64,000 nt of DNA from an uncultured Actinomycetota bacterium (GCA_963792645.1 CAWBWS010000001.1:655973-719972), one strand, 5' to 3'; positions 8,790-18,901 are shown, numbered from the stretch's first letter. A program made the numbers and translations. The notes: generated from the sequence alone by a model not told the origin.

Positions 8790-9314
8790 GTGGGCGGCAA
8801 AGGTGCTGAGCTACGTTCGGACGCCGTGGCTCGCGACCCCTCACCCGATCTGGTCCTCACCCCCATCCGGGGTAAGCCGACCCCCGTCGCCCAGCTACTG
8901 ACGACATTTCACCTGCTGATCGCCGCCATCGACCCTTTCACCAATCAGAGCGCCTGGATCCTGCCCACGGCAGCGCGGATCCTGCGCGAGTTCGAGCAGG
9001 CCGACTGCCGCATCGCCTGGCTGGTGACGTCCACGCCCGAGGAGTGCCGGATGTTCCTCGGGCCGCTGGCCGACGAGATCATGACCTTCGCCGATCCGGA
9101 CCGGGTGGCGGTCAAGGAGTTCGGGCTGGAGCGGCTGCCGGCACTGGTCAACCTGGGTATGGCCGGCCATGTGGAAGGGGCGGCCGAGGGCTGGCACCCG
9201 ACCGAATGGAAGGCGGTGACCGACAAGCTGGCCAGGACCCTGAGTTGGCAGGCGCCCAACTTCCCGACCCCGAAGGACCCCGGTCCATTCGAGGGCTCGG
9301 CCGCACTGGGCTAG
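8790..9314 (+). CDS. Conserved hypothetical protein
   Basis: 174-aa ORF with balanced composition (LLTTFHLLIAAIDPFTNQSAWILPTAARILREFEQADCRIAWLV..). Function not recognised; start uncertain. Confidence 0.5.
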   Translation: MGGKGAELRSDAVARDPSPDLVLTPIRGKPTPVAQLLTTFHLLIAAIDPFTNQSAWILPTAARILREFEQADCRIAWLVTSTPEECRMFLGPLADEIMTFADPDRVAVKEFGLERLPALVNLGMAGHVEGAAEGWHPTEWKAVTDKLARTLSWQAPNFPTPKDPGPFEGSAALG

Positions 9315-9317
9315 CGG

Positions 9318-10699
9318 CTATTTGAGGATGCCACCCCGGGCCATGGCGGCCACGTCGAGCGCCCGGTCGACCTCCTCGGCGCTCATCAGGCCCCGTTCGA
9401 GCACCACGGCGCGCAGGTCCTTGCCCTCGGCCATCGACTGCTTGACCACCTTGGCCGTCTCCTCGTAGCCGATATAGGGATTGAGGGCGGCGCAGATGGA
9501 CGGCGACGACAGGGCGTAGGTCCGGCACCGCTCGACGTCGGCCTCGATCCCGGCCACGCACTTGTCGGCGAACAGCCGGCTCACGGAACCGAGCAGCCGG
9601 ATGGACTCGAGCAGGTTGCGGCCGATGACGGGCAGCATGACGTTGAGCTCGAAGTTCCCGGCCGCGGCGCCGAACGCCACCGCCGCGTCGTTGCCCACCA
9701 CCTGGGCCACCACCTGGCACACCGCCTCGGCGATCACCGGGTTGACCTTGCCGGGCATGATCGACGAGCCCGGTTGCAGGTCGGGCAGGTGGATCTCGCC
9801 CAGACCGCACCGGGGGCCGCTCGCCATCCATCGCACGTCGTTGGCGCACTTGTAGAGCGAGATGGCGATGGTGCGCAGCACGCCGGACGCCTCGACCAGC
9901 GCGTCCCGCCCGCCCTGGGCCTCGAAGTGGTCCCGCGCCTCGCTCAGCGGCAGGTCCAGCTCGGTCGCCACCCGCTTGATGACGGCTCGCGCCAATCCCT
10001 TGGGCGCATTGATGCCGGTGCCGACGGCCGTGCCCCCGAGCGGCAGCTCTCCCACCCTTGCCAGGACGGCCTCCAGCCGCTCGACGCCGTGCTCCACCGC
10101 GGCGGCGTAGCCGCCGAACTCCTGCCCAAGCGTCACGGGCGTGGCGTCCATGAGATGGGTCCGGCCGGACTTGACGACCGTTTGAACTCGCGGCTCTTCT
10201 TGCGCAGCGCCTTGGCCAGATGCTCGAGGGCGGGGATGAGGGTGTGGGCGATCTCCTCGGTCGCGGCCAGGTGGATGGCCGACGGGAACATGTCGTTGGA
10301 CGACTGCGAGGCGTTGACGTGATCGTTGGGATGGACGGGCGTCGACAGCCGGTCGGCCGCCAGCGTGGCCAGCACCTCGTTCATGTTCATGTTGGAGGAC
10401 GTGCCCGACCCGGTCTGGTACACATCGACGGGGAACTGGTCGTCCCACTGGCCGGCCGCCACCTCGCCCGCCGCCTCGTGGATGGCGGTCGCCATCCGGC
10501 GGTCGATGACCTTCAGCCGGGCGTTCTCCAGGGCCACCGCGCCCTTCAGGGTTGCCAACGCCCGCACCAGGGACCGCTCCACGTGCAGGCCCGAGACCGG
10601 GAAGTTGTCGACCGCCCGCTGGGTCTGGGCCGCCCACTTGGCACCGGCCGGGACCCGCACATCGCCCATTGAGTCGTGTTCAACACGGAAATCGCTCAT
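9318..10699 (-). CDS. fumC: Class II fumarate hydratase, one frame break near 10180
   Basis: The N-terminal part is [40 protein letters not shown] in ORF 10133..10810. The rest, [32 protein letters not shown].., is in ORF 9318..10637. The junction ..REFK|TVVKSGRTH sits at an AAA run. Confidence 0.9.
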
Positions 10700-10733
10700 T
10701 GGTCGGGACGGTACCGCCCCTACACTCCTACTG

Positions 10734-11267
10734 GTGGCCAAGATCTTCGAGGGCATTGACGAGGCGCTCCGGGCCTGGCTGCTGGCCCAGCCCATGTTCT
10801 TCGTCGCCACTGCGCCCTCGGGTTCCGGAGGTCATATCAACCTGTCGCCCAAGGGCCTCGACGGCACCTTCACGGTTGTCGACGACCACCACGTTGCCTT
10901 CCTCGACCTGACCGGGAGCGGCATCGAGACCGTCGCCCACCTGCGCGACAACGGGCGGATCGTCCTGATGTTCTGCGCCTTCTCCGGGCCGCCCCGAATC
11001 GTGCGCCTGCACGGGCGGGGCCGGCCGGGGGCGCCGGAGGATTGGCCGAATCCGCCGCTTCCCGCCGGTGCCCGAACGGTCATCAACGTGGAGGTGACAC
11101 GCATCGCCGATTCGTGCGGCTTCGGAGTGCCGCTGATGGATTTCGCCGGCCAGCGCCCCACTCTGCCGCAATGGGCGGCCAGGAAGACCCCCGGTGAGAT
11201 CGCCGATTACCAGGCCGCGCACAACGCCGAGAGCATCGACGGCCTTCCGGGCCTCGGCGGCCTGTAG
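10734..11267 (+). CDS. Pyridoxamine 5'-phosphate oxidase family protein
   Basis: [78 protein letters not shown] at 10734, in frame with ORF 10326..11267. Confidence 0.8.
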   Translation: MAKIFEGIDEALRAWLLAQPMFFVATAPSGSGGHINLSPKGLDGTFTVVDDHHVAFLDLTGSGIETVAHLRDNGRIVLMFCAFSGPPRIVRLHGRGRPGAPEDWPNPPLPAGARTVINVEVTRIADSCGFGVPLMDFAGQRPTLPQWAARKTPGEIADYQAAHNAESIDGLPGLGGL

Positions 11268-11423
11268 TGCGCATCGGCCTCCACGGGCTCCCCCCATCCC
11301 CCGGACGGCCGGCGCCAAGGCCATCGACGACCTGATCGGCAGGGCGAGACGGTGGCCCGCCTGGGGGCTGGCCACCCTGTGGTTGCCGCCGCGGGGCCGA
11401 CGATGCTCAAGCCCGACCTGGGC

Positions 11424-12605
11424 TCAGCCGGCGCGTAGCCAGGCGACCGGCTGGCCGGTACGCAACCGCTCACCGGATACCGCCAGCATCCCCATCAGCC
11501 GCCCGGCGAACGGTGAACGGACTTCCTGGCCGCCGATGCGGCCGATCACGGTTCCGACGCCGATCGAATCGTCGCGGCCCACCTCGATCGCCGGCACGAA
11601 CACTCCGGCACCGGGGCTGACGACCATCCGTTCGGACACGTGGATGTGCTCCCCGTGATGGCTCATGGGGTGCGGTGCCCCGATTGCCTCGACGACCATC
11701 TCGAGGTCTCTGGGACTGGCGACCGCCACTGCTGTCGCACCTGGCAGGACTCGCCGGACCAGGCCGGACAACACGCCACCGGAGCCCGTCTCGATGAACA
11801 CCCGGTCGTCGCCGCCGAGTTCGGACAGGCGGAGCATGCTCTGGCGCCAGCGGACCGGACTGCACAGCTGGGCCGAGAGCAGCGCCTGCCACTCCTCCGC
11901 GGTCTGATGGGCGAGGCCGTCGACGTTGGCCACGACCGGGACCTCGGGCACCCGGAAGGCGGCGGCTCGCAACATCTTGTCCAGACGGTCGTGGGCCGGC
12001 GCCATGAAGGGGGTGTGAAATGCCCCGCCAACCGGTACCGCCACCGCTTTGCGGGCTCCCAGCGCCATGGCCTGGCTGACCGCGGCATCGACCGACGGGT
12101 AGTCGCCGGCGATCACCACATGGCCCGGGGCGTTGTAGTTGGCCACCCAGACCTCGCCGCCGACCCGGCGACATGCCACCCGCGCCGCCTCGTCGTCCAG
12201 GCCCAGGATCATCTTCATGGTCCCTGGCCGGTCGTCGGCGGCGGCCTGCATGGCGTCCCCCCGCTCCGTCACCACCGCCACCCCGTCCTCGAACGACAGG
12301 GCGCCGGCTGCGACCAGCGCGCTGTACTCGCCCAGGCTGTGGCCGGCGCACGCGGTGGGCTCGATACCCAGGCGATCCACGGCGTCCAGCACGACCAGGC
12401 CCATGGTCAACGTGGCCAACTGGGCGTTACGGGTCTGGATCAACTCGTCCAGTCCGGCGTCGACCAGCAGCCACGCCACATCCCGTCCCGCCACATCCGA
12501 CGCGTCGGCGACGACATCCCACGACGGATGCGCCATCCACGCCTGCCCCATACCCGGGAGAAGGGACCCCTGACCCGGGAACAGGAGCGCTGGCACCCTG
12601 ACCAT
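11424..12605 (-). CDS. fabD: Malonyl-CoA:ACP transacylase (FabD) fused to a C-terminal biotinyl/lipoyl-like barrel lacking the modifiable Lys
   Basis: The FabD part has LFPGQGS..AGHSLGEYSAL..GGAFHTPFM. The last 70 aa, VVSPGAGVFVPAIEVGRDDSIGVGTVIGRIGGQEVRSPFAGRLMGMLAVSGERLRTGQPVAWL, follow the BCCP pattern but contain no Lys. Confidence 0.85.
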   Translation of the reverse strand: MVRVPALLFPGQGSLLPGMGQAWMAHPSWDVVADASDVAGRDVAWLLVDAGLDELIQTRNAQLATLTMGLVVLDAVDRLGIEPTACAGHSLGEYSALVAAGALSFEDGVAVVTERGDAMQAAADDRPGTMKMILGLDDEAARVACRRVGGEVWVANYNAPGHVVIAGDYPSVDAAVSQAMALGARKAVAVPVGGAFHTPFMAPAHDRLDKMLRAAAFRVPEVPVVANVDGLAHQTAEEWQALLSAQLCSPVRWRQSMLRLSELGGDDRVFIETGSGGVLSGLVRRVLPGATAVAVASPRDLEMVVEAIGAPHPMSHHGEHIHVSERMVVSPGAGVFVPAIEVGRDDSIGVGTVIGRIGGQEVRSPFAGRLMGMLAVSGERLRTGQPVAWLRAG

Positions 12606-12651
12606 GTCGGCCGCTGCGCCGTGCCGGCTGACTCAAGATCAGGCTAAATGC

Positions 12652-13128
12652 TCAGACGGGGATGGCCTCCACGAGGCGGGCGACGAAGTCGCGTGCGCCG
12701 CCCTCGAGATCGTTCCGCTTGATCGCCATGCCGCCGAGGACGGTGGCGCCCCGTCCCTCCATGATCCCCGTGAGCTTGAGCAGCGTCTTGCCAGGGTCGA
12801 TGGCATAGGTGCAGTACACCAGGCAACGCTTGCGGTCGAGCACCGGTAGGCGCCGCAGCCGGGCCGCCCGGCCGGGGCGCTGCCCGGCGATGACGACACC
12901 GTCGGTCCAGGTCCCGACGATGATCAGATCAGCCGCCTCCAGCGCCTGGTAGTCGAGCTGGGTGATCGGGCAGACGACAACCTTGGCTCCGGCCTTGGTC
13001 AGATCGCGGCCGATGAAGTGGGCGGTCTTGCGGGTGTTGCCGGTGAGGCTCTCGTAGATGATGACGGCGCGCACGCTGCCAGATGGTAGGCGGCGGACCT
13101 CCCGCCCGGTCGCGATGAGACCTACCAT
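12652..13128 (-). CDS. Flavodoxin-like protein
   Basis: VRAVIIYESLTGNTRKTAHFIG..ADLIIVGTWTDG. The start is ATG 13128 (GGGAGG upstream) or GTG 13074. Confidence 0.7.
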   Translation of the reverse strand: MVGLIATGREVRRLPSGSVRAVIIYESLTGNTRKTAHFIGRDLTKAGAKVVVCPITQLDYQALEAADLIIVGTWTDGVVIAGQRPGRAARLRRLPVLDRKRCLVYCTYAIDPGKTLLKLTGIMEGRGATVLGGMAIKRNDLEGGARDFVARLVEAIPV

Positions 13129-13136
13129 CGCTCGCC

Positions 13137-14317
13137 GTGCCTCCCGCCGACCGCCTGACGGCCGCCGAAGCGCGGTGTCTCGGTCTGCGGGCCCAGGGCC
13201 TGCTGGGTGCGGCGCCACGCGCCGGGGTCCGGCGGCCGTGCTCCGCCATGTGGCCGAGCTCCAGCTCGACACCATCTCGGTGCTGGCCCGATCCCACGAA
13301 CTGGTCTGTTATGCCCGGCAGGGACCGGTCGGGCGGCCGGCGGTCGAGGCGGCCTGCTGGGGCGTCGACCGGTCCGGTGACCGGGTGGCGTTCGAGTACT
13401 GGGCGCACGCCGCGGCTGTCGTCCCCGTCGGGCTGTGGCCGTGGTTCGCGTTCCGCCGGCGCCATTTCCGAGGCCGCTCGAGGTGGGGTCACAACGCCGA
13501 CCCGGAGGCCATGCGGCTGGTCCTCGACCGGCTGGGCACCGAGGGACCGCTGACCGCGACCGAGCTGGGCGGCGCCAAGCAGGGCGGTCCCTGGTGGGAT
13601 TGGTCGCCGGTCAAGCACGCCGCCGAGCGGCTGCTCGACCTGGGCGAGGTGGTGTGCGCCACCCGACGAGGCTGGAAACGGGTCTACGACCTGCCCGAAC
13701 GGGCCTTGCCCGCCGCCGTCCGGGCGGCCGAGGAGCCCGACGACGAGTCGTGCCACCGGCAGCTTGTCGCCCTGGCCGGGCGGTGCCTCGGGGTGGCGAC
13801 GGTACCGGACCTGGCCGAGTACTTTCGCATGCCCCGGGCGGCGGTGGTCCGGGTGGTGCGGGAGACCGGATTGGTATCGGTCGAGGTCGATGGCTGGGCC
13901 GACCCGGCGTGGGTCGACCCAACGGCCCTGGCCGCCCTGCCCGTCCGGGGCCGGCACCGCACCACCCTGCTGTCGCCGTTCGACTCGATGATCTGGGACC
14001 GGCCCCGGACCGAGCGGTTGTTCGGATTCACCCACCGGATCGAGGCGTACACCCCCGCCCCGAAGCGGGTGCACGGGTACTACGTCATGCCGCTACTGGC
14101 GGGCGGTCGGATCATCGGGCGGGTCGACCCCAAACGACAGGGCCGGACGCTCGTCGCCCGCCAGGTCAGCCTGGCGGAACCGGTCGCCGAAGCCGGGCTG
14201 GCCGCCATGGCGACGGCGCTCACCGAGGCGGCAGCCTGGGTGGGATGCGATGCGCTGGCCGTCGAGCGGGCCAACCCTAAGTGGTTGGGACCGGCGGTGA
14301 CTCGGCTGACCGAGTAG
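13137..14317 (+). CDS. Winged-helix DNA glycosylase YcaQ family (DUF1006), one frame break near 13230
   Basis: GTG 13137 gives PPADRLTAAEARCLGLRAQGLLG. The sequence continues in the frame of ORF 13058 as LRHVAELQLDTISVLARSHELVCYAR..FEYWAHAA..GYYVMPLLAGGRIIGRVDPK. Confidence 0.75.
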
Positions 14318-14324
14318 CGGCGGG

Positions 14325-15023
14325 TCAGGATGCCGTCGCCAGGGCCCGCATCTGGTCGAGGCTGCGTACCAGCAGCCGCTGCACGTGAGCCTGGCTGAGG
14401 CTCATGAGCCGGGCGATCTCGGTCTGGGTCAGGCCGTCGATGAAACGCAGCCGCACCATCCGGCGCTCCCGCTCGGGCAGCCGGGCCAGCAGGCCCCGCA
14501 GGGCCATTCGCTCCTCGACCGCCGTCATGGCCCGGTCGTCGGCGCGCAGTCCCGACGACAGCGGGCGGTCATCTCCTGGCGATGCCGCGGCGTCGATCGA
14601 GGTGGGATGGCGCATGCTGCCCGCCTCGAGGGCCTCGACGACGGCCTCTGAGGAGGCACCGAGCCGTTCGCCGATCTCGGTCATGGTCGGTGGGCGGCCC
14701 AGCTCCTGGGTGAGTTCCCCGACCGCCCGGTGACTCCGAAGGTAGAGGTTCTGGACCCGGCGGGGCGGCCGCACCGTCCAGCTGCGGTCCCGGAGGTAAT
14801 GCTTGAGCTCACCCGCGATGCTCGTGGATGCGAAGGCCGAGAACGGGACTCCGCGGTTCGGGTCGTACCGGTCGATGGCCCGCACCAGACCCAACAGCGC
14901 CACCTGGGTGAGATCGTCGACCGACTCGCCCCAACCCGACCGCAACGCGAACCGCCGGGCGATGGACACCGCCAGGCCGTAGTGGCTCTGGAAGTAGTCG
15001 GGCCCGGCATCGGTCGTGTCCAC
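14325..15023 (-). CDS. SigB/SigF-type (group 3) RNA polymerase sigma factor
   Basis: DDLTQVALLGLVRAIDRYDPNRGVPFSAFASTSIAGELKHYLRDRSWTVRPPRR (regions 2-3) and LTQTEIARLMSLSQAHVQRLL (region 4). GTG at 15023. The rest of ORF 14325..16013 overlaps the next gene and is rejected. Confidence 0.85.
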   Translation of the reverse strand: MDTTDAGPDYFQSHYGLAVSIARRFALRSGWGESVDDLTQVALLGLVRAIDRYDPNRGVPFSAFASTSIAGELKHYLRDRSWTVRPPRRVQNLYLRSHRAVGELTQELGRPPTMTEIGERLGASSEAVVEALEAGSMRHPTSIDAAASPGDDRPLSSGLRADDRAMTAVEERMALRGLLARLPERERRMVRLRFIDGLTQTEIARLMSLSQAHVQRLLVRSLDQMRALATAS

Positions 15024-15067
15024 ACCCTGACTTGACCACGAGAGCCTGAGGAACGGCTGAACGCGGT

Positions 15068-15961
15068 CTATGAGCCGGCTGAGAGGTCCGTTGCCGCTAC
15101 GACGGTCTCCTCGACACCGATTTTGACCGCCTCGGAATGGCTGAGCGCGACCACACCGACGGTCAGCAGGATCAGCCCGCCAATTTCCACCGTCGTGGAC
15201 AACAGGCCGGATTGGATCGTCTCGCCCAGCACCGTGGCGCCGATGATGATGCTGACGATCGGGTCGACGACGGTGAGCACGGGCAACGACGCCTCGAGCG
15301 GGCCAGCCTGGAACGCGCTCTGGGCCAGCAGCATGCCGAGCACCCCGGCCCCGACCAGCAGGTACAGCTCCCAGCTCTCGAGCACCTCGACGACGCCGTT
15401 GCTCAGCAGGCCGGCCACCGCCTTGGTGAGGGCGGCGGTGACGCCGTAGTTGATGGCTGCCCCGGCGGCCAGCAGACCGGCCCGGACCCGGCTGCTGCGA
15501 CCCCGCGCCAGCAGGATCAGTGCCGCGATCACCACCGCTGCCACCGACAGCAGCCCGATCCAGTCCGGGTTCGTCACTTCCGAGTGTCCTTTGGCCGGCG
15601 ACGACACCAGCAGGAACACGCTGAGACCGACCACGATTGCCGCGGCCCCCCACCAATCGCGGTTGGTCATGCGGGCGCCCTCGAACCTGGCTCCGAGCGG
15701 CAGGGCAAACAGAAGCCCGCACACCAGCAGGGGCTGCACGACCACCAATGTGCCGTGGCCCAGGGCGAGGAACTGCAGCGCGTAGGCCAGGCCGTCGCAG
15801 ACGATGCCGGCGAGAAACAACCGGCTCCGGAGCAGGGCGGCGAGCAGGCCGAGACGCATCGAGCTTCCCTGGGGCTGCGCTCGGGCGGCGCGATGCTGCA
15901 GCACGGATGCCAGCGCGTACATCAACGAAGAAAGAAGCGCGCAAAGCACCGCGACTATCAC
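15068..15961 (-). CDS. DMT/EamA-like polytopic membrane transporter
   Basis: 297-aa ORF made almost entirely of hydrophobic helices, about 9-10 TM. Confidence 0.7.
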   Translation of the reverse strand: MIVAVLCALLSSLMYALASVLQHRAARAQPQGSSMRLGLLAALLRSRLFLAGIVCDGLAYALQFLALGHGTLVVVQPLLVCGLLFALPLGARFEGARMTNRDWWGAAAIVVGLSVFLLVSSPAKGHSEVTNPDWIGLLSVAAVVIAALILLARGRSSRVRAGLLAAGAAINYGVTAALTKAVAGLLSNGVVEVLESWELYLLVGAGVLGMLLAQSAFQAGPLEASLPVLTVVDPIVSIIIGATVLGETIQSGLLSTTVEIGGLILLTVGVVALSHSEAVKIGVEETVVAATDLSAGS

Positions 15962-16005
15962 CTTTCGACGGTATCACCGGGTCCTGGCGGGGTAAGAGTG
16001 GCGTT

Positions 16006-16998
16006 GTGAGCACCGGCGGTCTACTCCAGAAGGTGGACCGGTGGCAGCAGCGTCACCGCACGACGGCCTTCGGCTACGCGGTGGCGAAGAAGTATGGCGA
16101 GGACCGGGGCAGTTCGCTGGCCGCCCTCATCACCTATTACGGCTTCCTCTCACTGTTCCCGCTGCTGCTGGTGTTCTTCACCGTGACGTTCTATCTGCTG
16201 GCCAACGACGCACACCTGAGGAAGCAGCTGACCGACTCGCTGCTCGGTCAGTTCCCCGTGATCGGAGATCAGCTGCGACAGACGGACAAGCCCTTGCACG
16301 GCAGCCCGCTGGCCCTGATCGTGGGGCTCGCCGGGCTGCTCTGGGGCGCGCTCGGGGTCAGCCAGGCCCTGCAGCAGGCCATGCTCGACATCTGGGGTGT
16401 ACCCAAGCGCAAGCGGCCCAGCTTCGCCAGGCGGATCGGGCGCGGCGTCCTCCTCTTCGTCGTGCTGGGTGTCGGCGTCGCCGGGACGACGTTCGTGGCC
16501 AGCCTGGGGACGGCCCTGGACTGGGGACCGTTCGGCTCGCTGCTCGCCGCCCTGCCGGCCGCGCTGGCCAACGTGGGTCTTTTCTGGGTGGTGTTCCGGT
16601 TGCTCACGCCTGGCAACGTCCCGGGCGGCTCGCTGGTTCCGGGCGCCATAGTTGGCGGCATCGGATGGCAGATACTGCAGACGGTCGGTATCAATCTGGT
16701 GAGCCACCAACTGCGTCATGCCAGCCAGCTCTACGGCGTATTCGCGTTCACTCTGGCGCTCCTGTCGTTCCTGTCGCTGGCTGCCCAGTTGACCGTCTAC
16801 GCGGCCCAGATCAACGTGGTGCGGTACCGCCATCTGTGGCCGCGAAGCATGGTCGAGGACGAGGCGGAGGGTGGTGAACGCCGCCCTTATCGCACCGACT
16901 GGACACCGGCGACCGGGAGACGGGCGAATGGACCTCAGTCCGACCGGACCGACTGGTCGCAGCCCCGGTCACGCCGGGCGGGAACACCCGTCACCTAG
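16006..16998 (+). CDS. YihY/BrkB family membrane protein
   Basis: AALITYYGFLSLFPLLLV..GLLWGALGVSQALQQAM..VFAFTLALLSFLSLAAQLTVYAAQINVV. GTG at 16006, in frame with ORF 15637..16998. Confidence 0.8.
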   Translation: MSTGGLLQKVDRWQQRHRTTAFGYAVAKKYGEDRGSSLAALITYYGFLSLFPLLLVFFTVTFYLLANDAHLRKQLTDSLLGQFPVIGDQLRQTDKPLHGSPLALIVGLAGLLWGALGVSQALQQAMLDIWGVPKRKRPSFARRIGRGVLLFVVLGVGVAGTTFVASLGTALDWGPFGSLLAALPAALANVGLFWVVFRLLTPGNVPGGSLVPGAIVGGIGWQILQTVGINLVSHQLRHASQLYGVFAFTLALLSFLSLAAQLTVYAAQINVVRYRHLWPRSMVEDEAEGGERRPYRTDWTPATGRRANGPQSDRTDWSQPRSRRAGTPVT

Positions 16999-17008
16999 CG
17001 TCCAGCCG

Positions 17009-18439
17009 GTGCGACGCCTGATCCGGCCGCTCACGGTGGTCATCGGCCTCCTGGTCGCCTTGGGCGGCGGCGGTGCGGTGTTGGTGGCAACCGGCGCCGG
17101 CAGCCGGCAGCCGGTCGCGGCCCGCGCGCCGGCTGCCGCCGGCACGACTCCCACCGTGGCGGGGCCGGCGACCACGGTGGCCGGGACCTCAACCTCGGCG
17201 GCCGGCACCTCGACCACCGTCGTCCCGGGGCCCGCGACCACGTCCCCCACCCCGCTGGCCAAGCTCAGTGCCGGCCTCGATGCGGCCCTCGCCGACACCA
17301 CGGCGTGCCTGATCGTCGACGATTCCCGGGGCCAGCCGCTCTATCAGCATCTACCCGACACCGCCCTCACGCCCGCCTCGACCCAGAAGCTGCTGGTGGC
17401 CGCGGCCGCCCTGAACATCCTCGGCCCCAACTTTCGCTTCACCACCAGCGTGGTGGCGCCCGCGGCGCCGGTCGGCGGCCAGGTCGGCCAGCTGTGGCTG
17501 GTCGGAAACGGCGACCCGCTGCTGGCCACCAGCGAGTTCACCGCCACGCTCACCGCTCGGGCCCGGGTCGCGGGTTATCCGTGGACGCCCCTGCCGACCC
17601 TGGCCGGCGCCGTGGCGGCGGCGGGCATCACGTCGGTACCCGGGGGCATCCATGGTGACGACAGCCACCTGGACCGGCTGCGCTTCCTGCCCGTGTGGCC
17701 GCCGGCCTACCAGACCCAGCAGGAGATCGGCCTGCTGTCGGCGCTCAGCCTCAACGAGGGCATCCAGACGACCGCACCGAAGCTCACGCTGGCCCAGGAT
17801 CCGCCGGCCTTCGCGGCCGCCGAGCTGGGCCGCCTGTTGACGGCCCGCCACGTGGCGGCCGGCCCGGCGGGCGCCGACCAGCCGGCCCCGGCCGCCGGCG
17901 TGGTCATCGCCACCCTGCCCTCGGCCCCACTCAGCCAGATCGTCGAGGTCATGCTGAGGGCCAGCGACAACTGGATCGCCGAGCTGCTCGTCCGGCAACT
18001 GGACCGGGCGAGCGGTGGGGGCGGGACCACCGCCGGCGGCCTGACCGTCGTGATGCGGGAGGCGACGGCGCTGGGTCTCCCGCTCACCGGCGTCCAGATG
18101 GACGACGGCTCAGGGTTGTCGCACACCGATCGGGCCACGTGCCGGGAATTGCTGGCCGCTCTCGACCTGAGCAACCGGCCCGGGCTTTCGCCGCTCCTGA
18201 ACGGGCTGCCGGTCGCCGGTGCCACCGGCACCCTGGCCGGGCGCTACCGCACCCCTCCCATCGCCGGCAAGCTACGGGCCAAGACGGGATCGATCGACTA
18301 CGCCGTCGGAATGGTCGGAACCATCTCGGTGGGCGAGCCGCTGCGTTTCGCATTGCTCGTCAACCAGGTCGAGCCCGAGGCCGGCCTGTACGCCAGGGAG
18401 GATGCGGTTGTGGCAGCCTTGGCCGGATATGGGGGGTGA
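17009..18439 (+). CDS. dacB: D-alanyl-D-alanine carboxypeptidase/endopeptidase (PBP4, peptidase S13)
   Basis: PASTQKLLVAAAAL (SxxK), SDNWIAELL, KTGSIDYAVGMVG. The membrane anchor is RRLIRPLTVVIGLLVALGG. The start is GTG 17009, with ATG 16928 as an alternative. Confidence 0.8.
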   Translation: MRRLIRPLTVVIGLLVALGGGGAVLVATGAGSRQPVAARAPAAAGTTPTVAGPATTVAGTSTSAAGTSTTVVPGPATTSPTPLAKLSAGLDAALADTTACLIVDDSRGQPLYQHLPDTALTPASTQKLLVAAAALNILGPNFRFTTSVVAPAAPVGGQVGQLWLVGNGDPLLATSEFTATLTARARVAGYPWTPLPTLAGAVAAAGITSVPGGIHGDDSHLDRLRFLPVWPPAYQTQQEIGLLSALSLNEGIQTTAPKLTLAQDPPAFAAAELGRLLTARHVAAGPAGADQPAPAAGVVIATLPSAPLSQIVEVMLRASDNWIAELLVRQLDRASGGGGTTAGGLTVVMREATALGLPLTGVQMDDGSGLSHTDRATCRELLAALDLSNRPGLSPLLNGLPVAGATGTLAGRYRTPPIAGKLRAKTGSIDYAVGMVGTISVGEPLRFALLVNQVEPEAGLYAREDAVVAALAGYGG

Positions 18440-18449
18440 CAAGGTGCCG

Positions 18450-18530
18450 GGGCGCGTGGTGGAACGGCAGACACAGCGGGCTTAAACCCTGCGGCCTACG
18501 GGCATGAGGGTTCGACTCCCTCCGCGCCCA
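18450..18530 (+). tRNA. tRNA-Leu (anticodon UAA), class II with long variable arm; CCA not encoded
   Basis: Acceptor GGGCGCG/CGCGCCC, anticodon stem GCGGG/CCUGC with loop CUUAAAC, T-arm GAGGG-UUCGACU-CCCUC, discriminator A. Confidence 0.85.
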
Positions 18531-18901
18531 CCCCTTTTCCGGCGCGAAAGTGCTGGTGAAAGGCTACTTCACCGGCGAGATGTCAGGCTCAGGACGCGTA
18601 CAGGACGCGCACTGACGACCGGTCATTGGGTGGACCCGTCATCCCTTTCGTCATCTCGACCCGCCCACGCTAACTGCTGCAAGCACTCCGAGCGAAGGTC
18701 GGGCGACCTCGACCCTCACCGACAATGAAGAACTTCGTGCTTTTTCATTCGCGCGCCAAGGTTGCCTGATGCGGCACTGACTGGGACGCGCATGAGCGGA
18801 TGGAGTTGTGGACTGTGGACACCACATTGACGAGTAACCCGGTCCACCCGAACTCGAGCCCGGTCCGTCCAATGGTGCCGGTGCCGTATTCCCGAGGTGC
18901 A

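Noticed and set aside
14325-16013. Single 562-aa ORF
   Set aside because: Only the last 232 aa (the sigma factor) look real. The upstream part overlaps the DMT transporter gene in another frame and is Arg/Gly/Pro junk.
16871-17008. Upstream start (16871 or 16928) for dacB
   Set aside because: It would overlap the YihY gene by 70-130 nt and add a non-signal-like Arg/Pro-rich N-terminus. GTG 17009 gives a normal membrane anchor.
18533-18900. SRP RNA, tmRNA or another known ncRNA after tRNA-Leu
   Set aside because: No diagnostic motifs are present, such as the SRP domain IV GGAA/AGCA loops. Only an 11-nt tandem repeat and weak hairpins were seen.
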